DNA of 63,920 nt, the filler included, from Octopus bimaculoides (Eukaryota), in NCBI RefSeq assembly GCF_001194135.2. It is 6 parts of 5 records of this genome, joined end to end, with 100 filler letters (N's around TTAATTAATTAA, not from the genome) between each part and the next. Parts side by side here need not be neighbours in the genome. Positions count along the whole stretch, not along the records: positions 59,661 to 63,920 come from NC_068982.1; 5 more parts are not named here. One strand, given 5' to 3'. The position numbers were made by a program, and so were the translations under genes. Position 1 is the stretch's first letter; each line of letters opens with the position of its first letter. The notes beneath the pieces are model-generated. The model was not told where the DNA came from, ran no database searches, and saw nothing but the letters and a program-made list of their open reading frames with translations. Below, piece by piece: positions 62,019-63,920 of this stretch.

Positions 62019-62476
62019 GTATATGTGTGTGTGTGTGTGTGTCTATATATATGTTTATATATAGGGTTTTATATATATATAGGGTTATATATATATATAT
62101 GTTTATATATATATATGTACATGCATATATACATACATATACATACATATACAGACCCATATATATATATATATACAGATATACACACATACATACATAC
62201 ATACACACATAAATATATAGATACATACTTGCACATACACGTACGTGTGCGTGCGAGTGAGCACGCACATACATTCACTCACACATACAAATGCACGCAC
62301 GCATATGCGAAGACAAACGCACGTTTTATTATATTTACGTGTATGTGTATGTATAAGAGTGTATGTGAGTGTGTATGTATGCATGCATGTATGTATGTAT
62401 GTATGTATGTATGTATGTATGTATGTGCGTATGTATGTATATCCAGCCACATGCATATACAGACACATTGCATATA

Positions 62477-62729
62477 CAGTAATCCCTCGACTATAGCGGG
62501 TGTTACGTTCTAAACACCAACAACCTCCCGCGATAGGTGAAAATCCGCGAAGTAGAAACAGTATTGTATATCCTTTTTATTATTTTTATAAATTGTATAT
62601 ATTTATTTTGTTATAAATGCAAAGCAACACCACAGAGGAATCAACGTTAGCTTAAATAATAAATCGCGATAGGTGGACCGCGATAGGTGAACCGCGATAT
62701 GTGAACCGCGATATGGTGAGAGATTACTG
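62477..62729. mobile_element. Tc1/mariner (pogo/Tigger-like) MITE, intact copy
   Basis: TA|CAGTAATCCCTCG...GAGAGATTACTG|TA, with four subterminal CGCGATA repeats at ~62665-62712. Confidence 0.8.
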
Positions 62730-63042
62730 TACATATACATAAACACGTACATAAATTATGACGGTTCCAATATTGTAATCTATGTAAATGTTCTTACTCT
62801 CCCTCTTTCTCTATATCTATCTACCTACCTCTCTCTCTCTGTCTCTAGCTCTATTTATCAATCTATCTATCTCTTTAACAGTTTGTCTATCCATTCTCTT
62901 TCTTTTCCTCTTCCATTGCCCTTTCTTTTTACCTTATTGCTGTTATTGTTGAAGTTGTATTCTCATGAAGAATACATTGTCGAATTAGTGAGAATACATA
63001 TTCACACACACACACATACACACACACACATACACACACACA

Positions 63043-63085
<43 letters not shown>

Positions 63086-63484
63086 ACACGCGCGCTCATA
63101 TCCATCAGGCTTACACGTACTTTTCTGCACTAATGAATGTAACTTCTATGGTCTAGCTATCGAGGTAGGTAGGTCGGTAGGTATGAATGTATGTATGTAC
63201 ATACGTATATAAGCATGTATGTTAGCATGTATGTATGTATGTACGCATGAATGTATGTATATACGTATGTATTTATGTATGTGTGTGTAAGTATGGTACG
63301 TGAGCATGTATGAATGTTTGTATGTATGTAATCAACAGATGCTTGTACATGTGTGTTTCAATAGATGGGACACGCGTCAAGTAGTTCTACATAAGCATGA
63401 TTCTCTATCACATCTCTTTATCTCAAATAGCAGACCTCTGGTGTAAACTAGTACAGTACAGGATAGATAGATAGAGAGAGAGAG

Positions 63485-63521
<37 letters not shown>

Positions 63522-63554
63522 GAGAGATGGATGGATGGATGGATGGATGGATAG

Positions 63555-63920
63555 ATATGTTTCTTTATTAGCCACACAGGGCTGAACACAGATGGGACAA
63601 GTTACAAAGTAGAGCATTTCTTTTGGGGGAGAAGGAAGGGAAAAAAAGAAAAAAAAGTGGAGGGGGTAGATTTTCGATCAAAAGGGATCGTAAAAAAAAA
63701 CGATCAATAGGGATCGTGTATCACAGAAATGTCATGATGTAAAGTGTAAAGGGGGAAACAGATTAGGTTTATCCGTAGGAAGAAAAGCCTACGGAAAAGA
63801 CCATGGTAACCTTGGCCAATAATGTCATGCAGAAAAACACATTACAGTGACTCTCTTTTTACCTTTTTTTTCTCTGGTTCATAGGGTTATGCTCAAGGTG
63901 GCTCCGTCATTCACACGTGC
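63555..63920 (-). mobile_element. Probable LINE 3' end (L1/Tx1-like?) abutting (ATCC)n
   Basis: On minus an ORF end ..ARVNDGATLSITL*, ~300-nt UTR, AATAAAGAAAC, then the microsatellite. Clade is a guess. Confidence 0.35.

Overview
A repeat-dense, AT-rich animal genomic window. It is most likely a coleoid cephalopod (Octopus-like), inferred from the SINE families, RTE and R4/Dong LINEs and microsatellite load; this was not confirmed by a search. It is six contigs joined by five artificial 100-bp spacers (44N-TTAATTAATTAA-44N). No complete protein-coding gene, tRNA, rRNA or CRISPR array is supported, and almost all long ORFs are microsatellite translations. Well-supported content: several tRNA-derived SINE families (with nested insertions and exact TSDs), RTE 3' ends, R4/Dong fragments clustered in (TAA)n, a degenerate APE endonuclease, Penelope-like fragments, MITEs, a full-length decayed DD34E Tc1, and a ~5.9-kb CpG-saturated (CGAA/CGTA) satellite with internal inversions. 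The most interesting observations are: (1) two minimal hammerhead ribozymes at Penelope-like ends, one with an apparently compensatory U3-A8 core; (2) a Tc1 transposase interrupted by a canonical 119-nt spliceosomal intron and nested in a THAP-remnant TIR element; (3) a recursive-splice-site-like AG|GTAAGT followed by a 175-nt poison exon; (4) a symmetric 282-nt open candidate coding exon on the minus strand; (5) a mirror-symmetric four-CCAAT promoter module; (6) a 168-bp palindrome in an AT-only desert; and (7) an apparent CpG-depletion boundary across the window.
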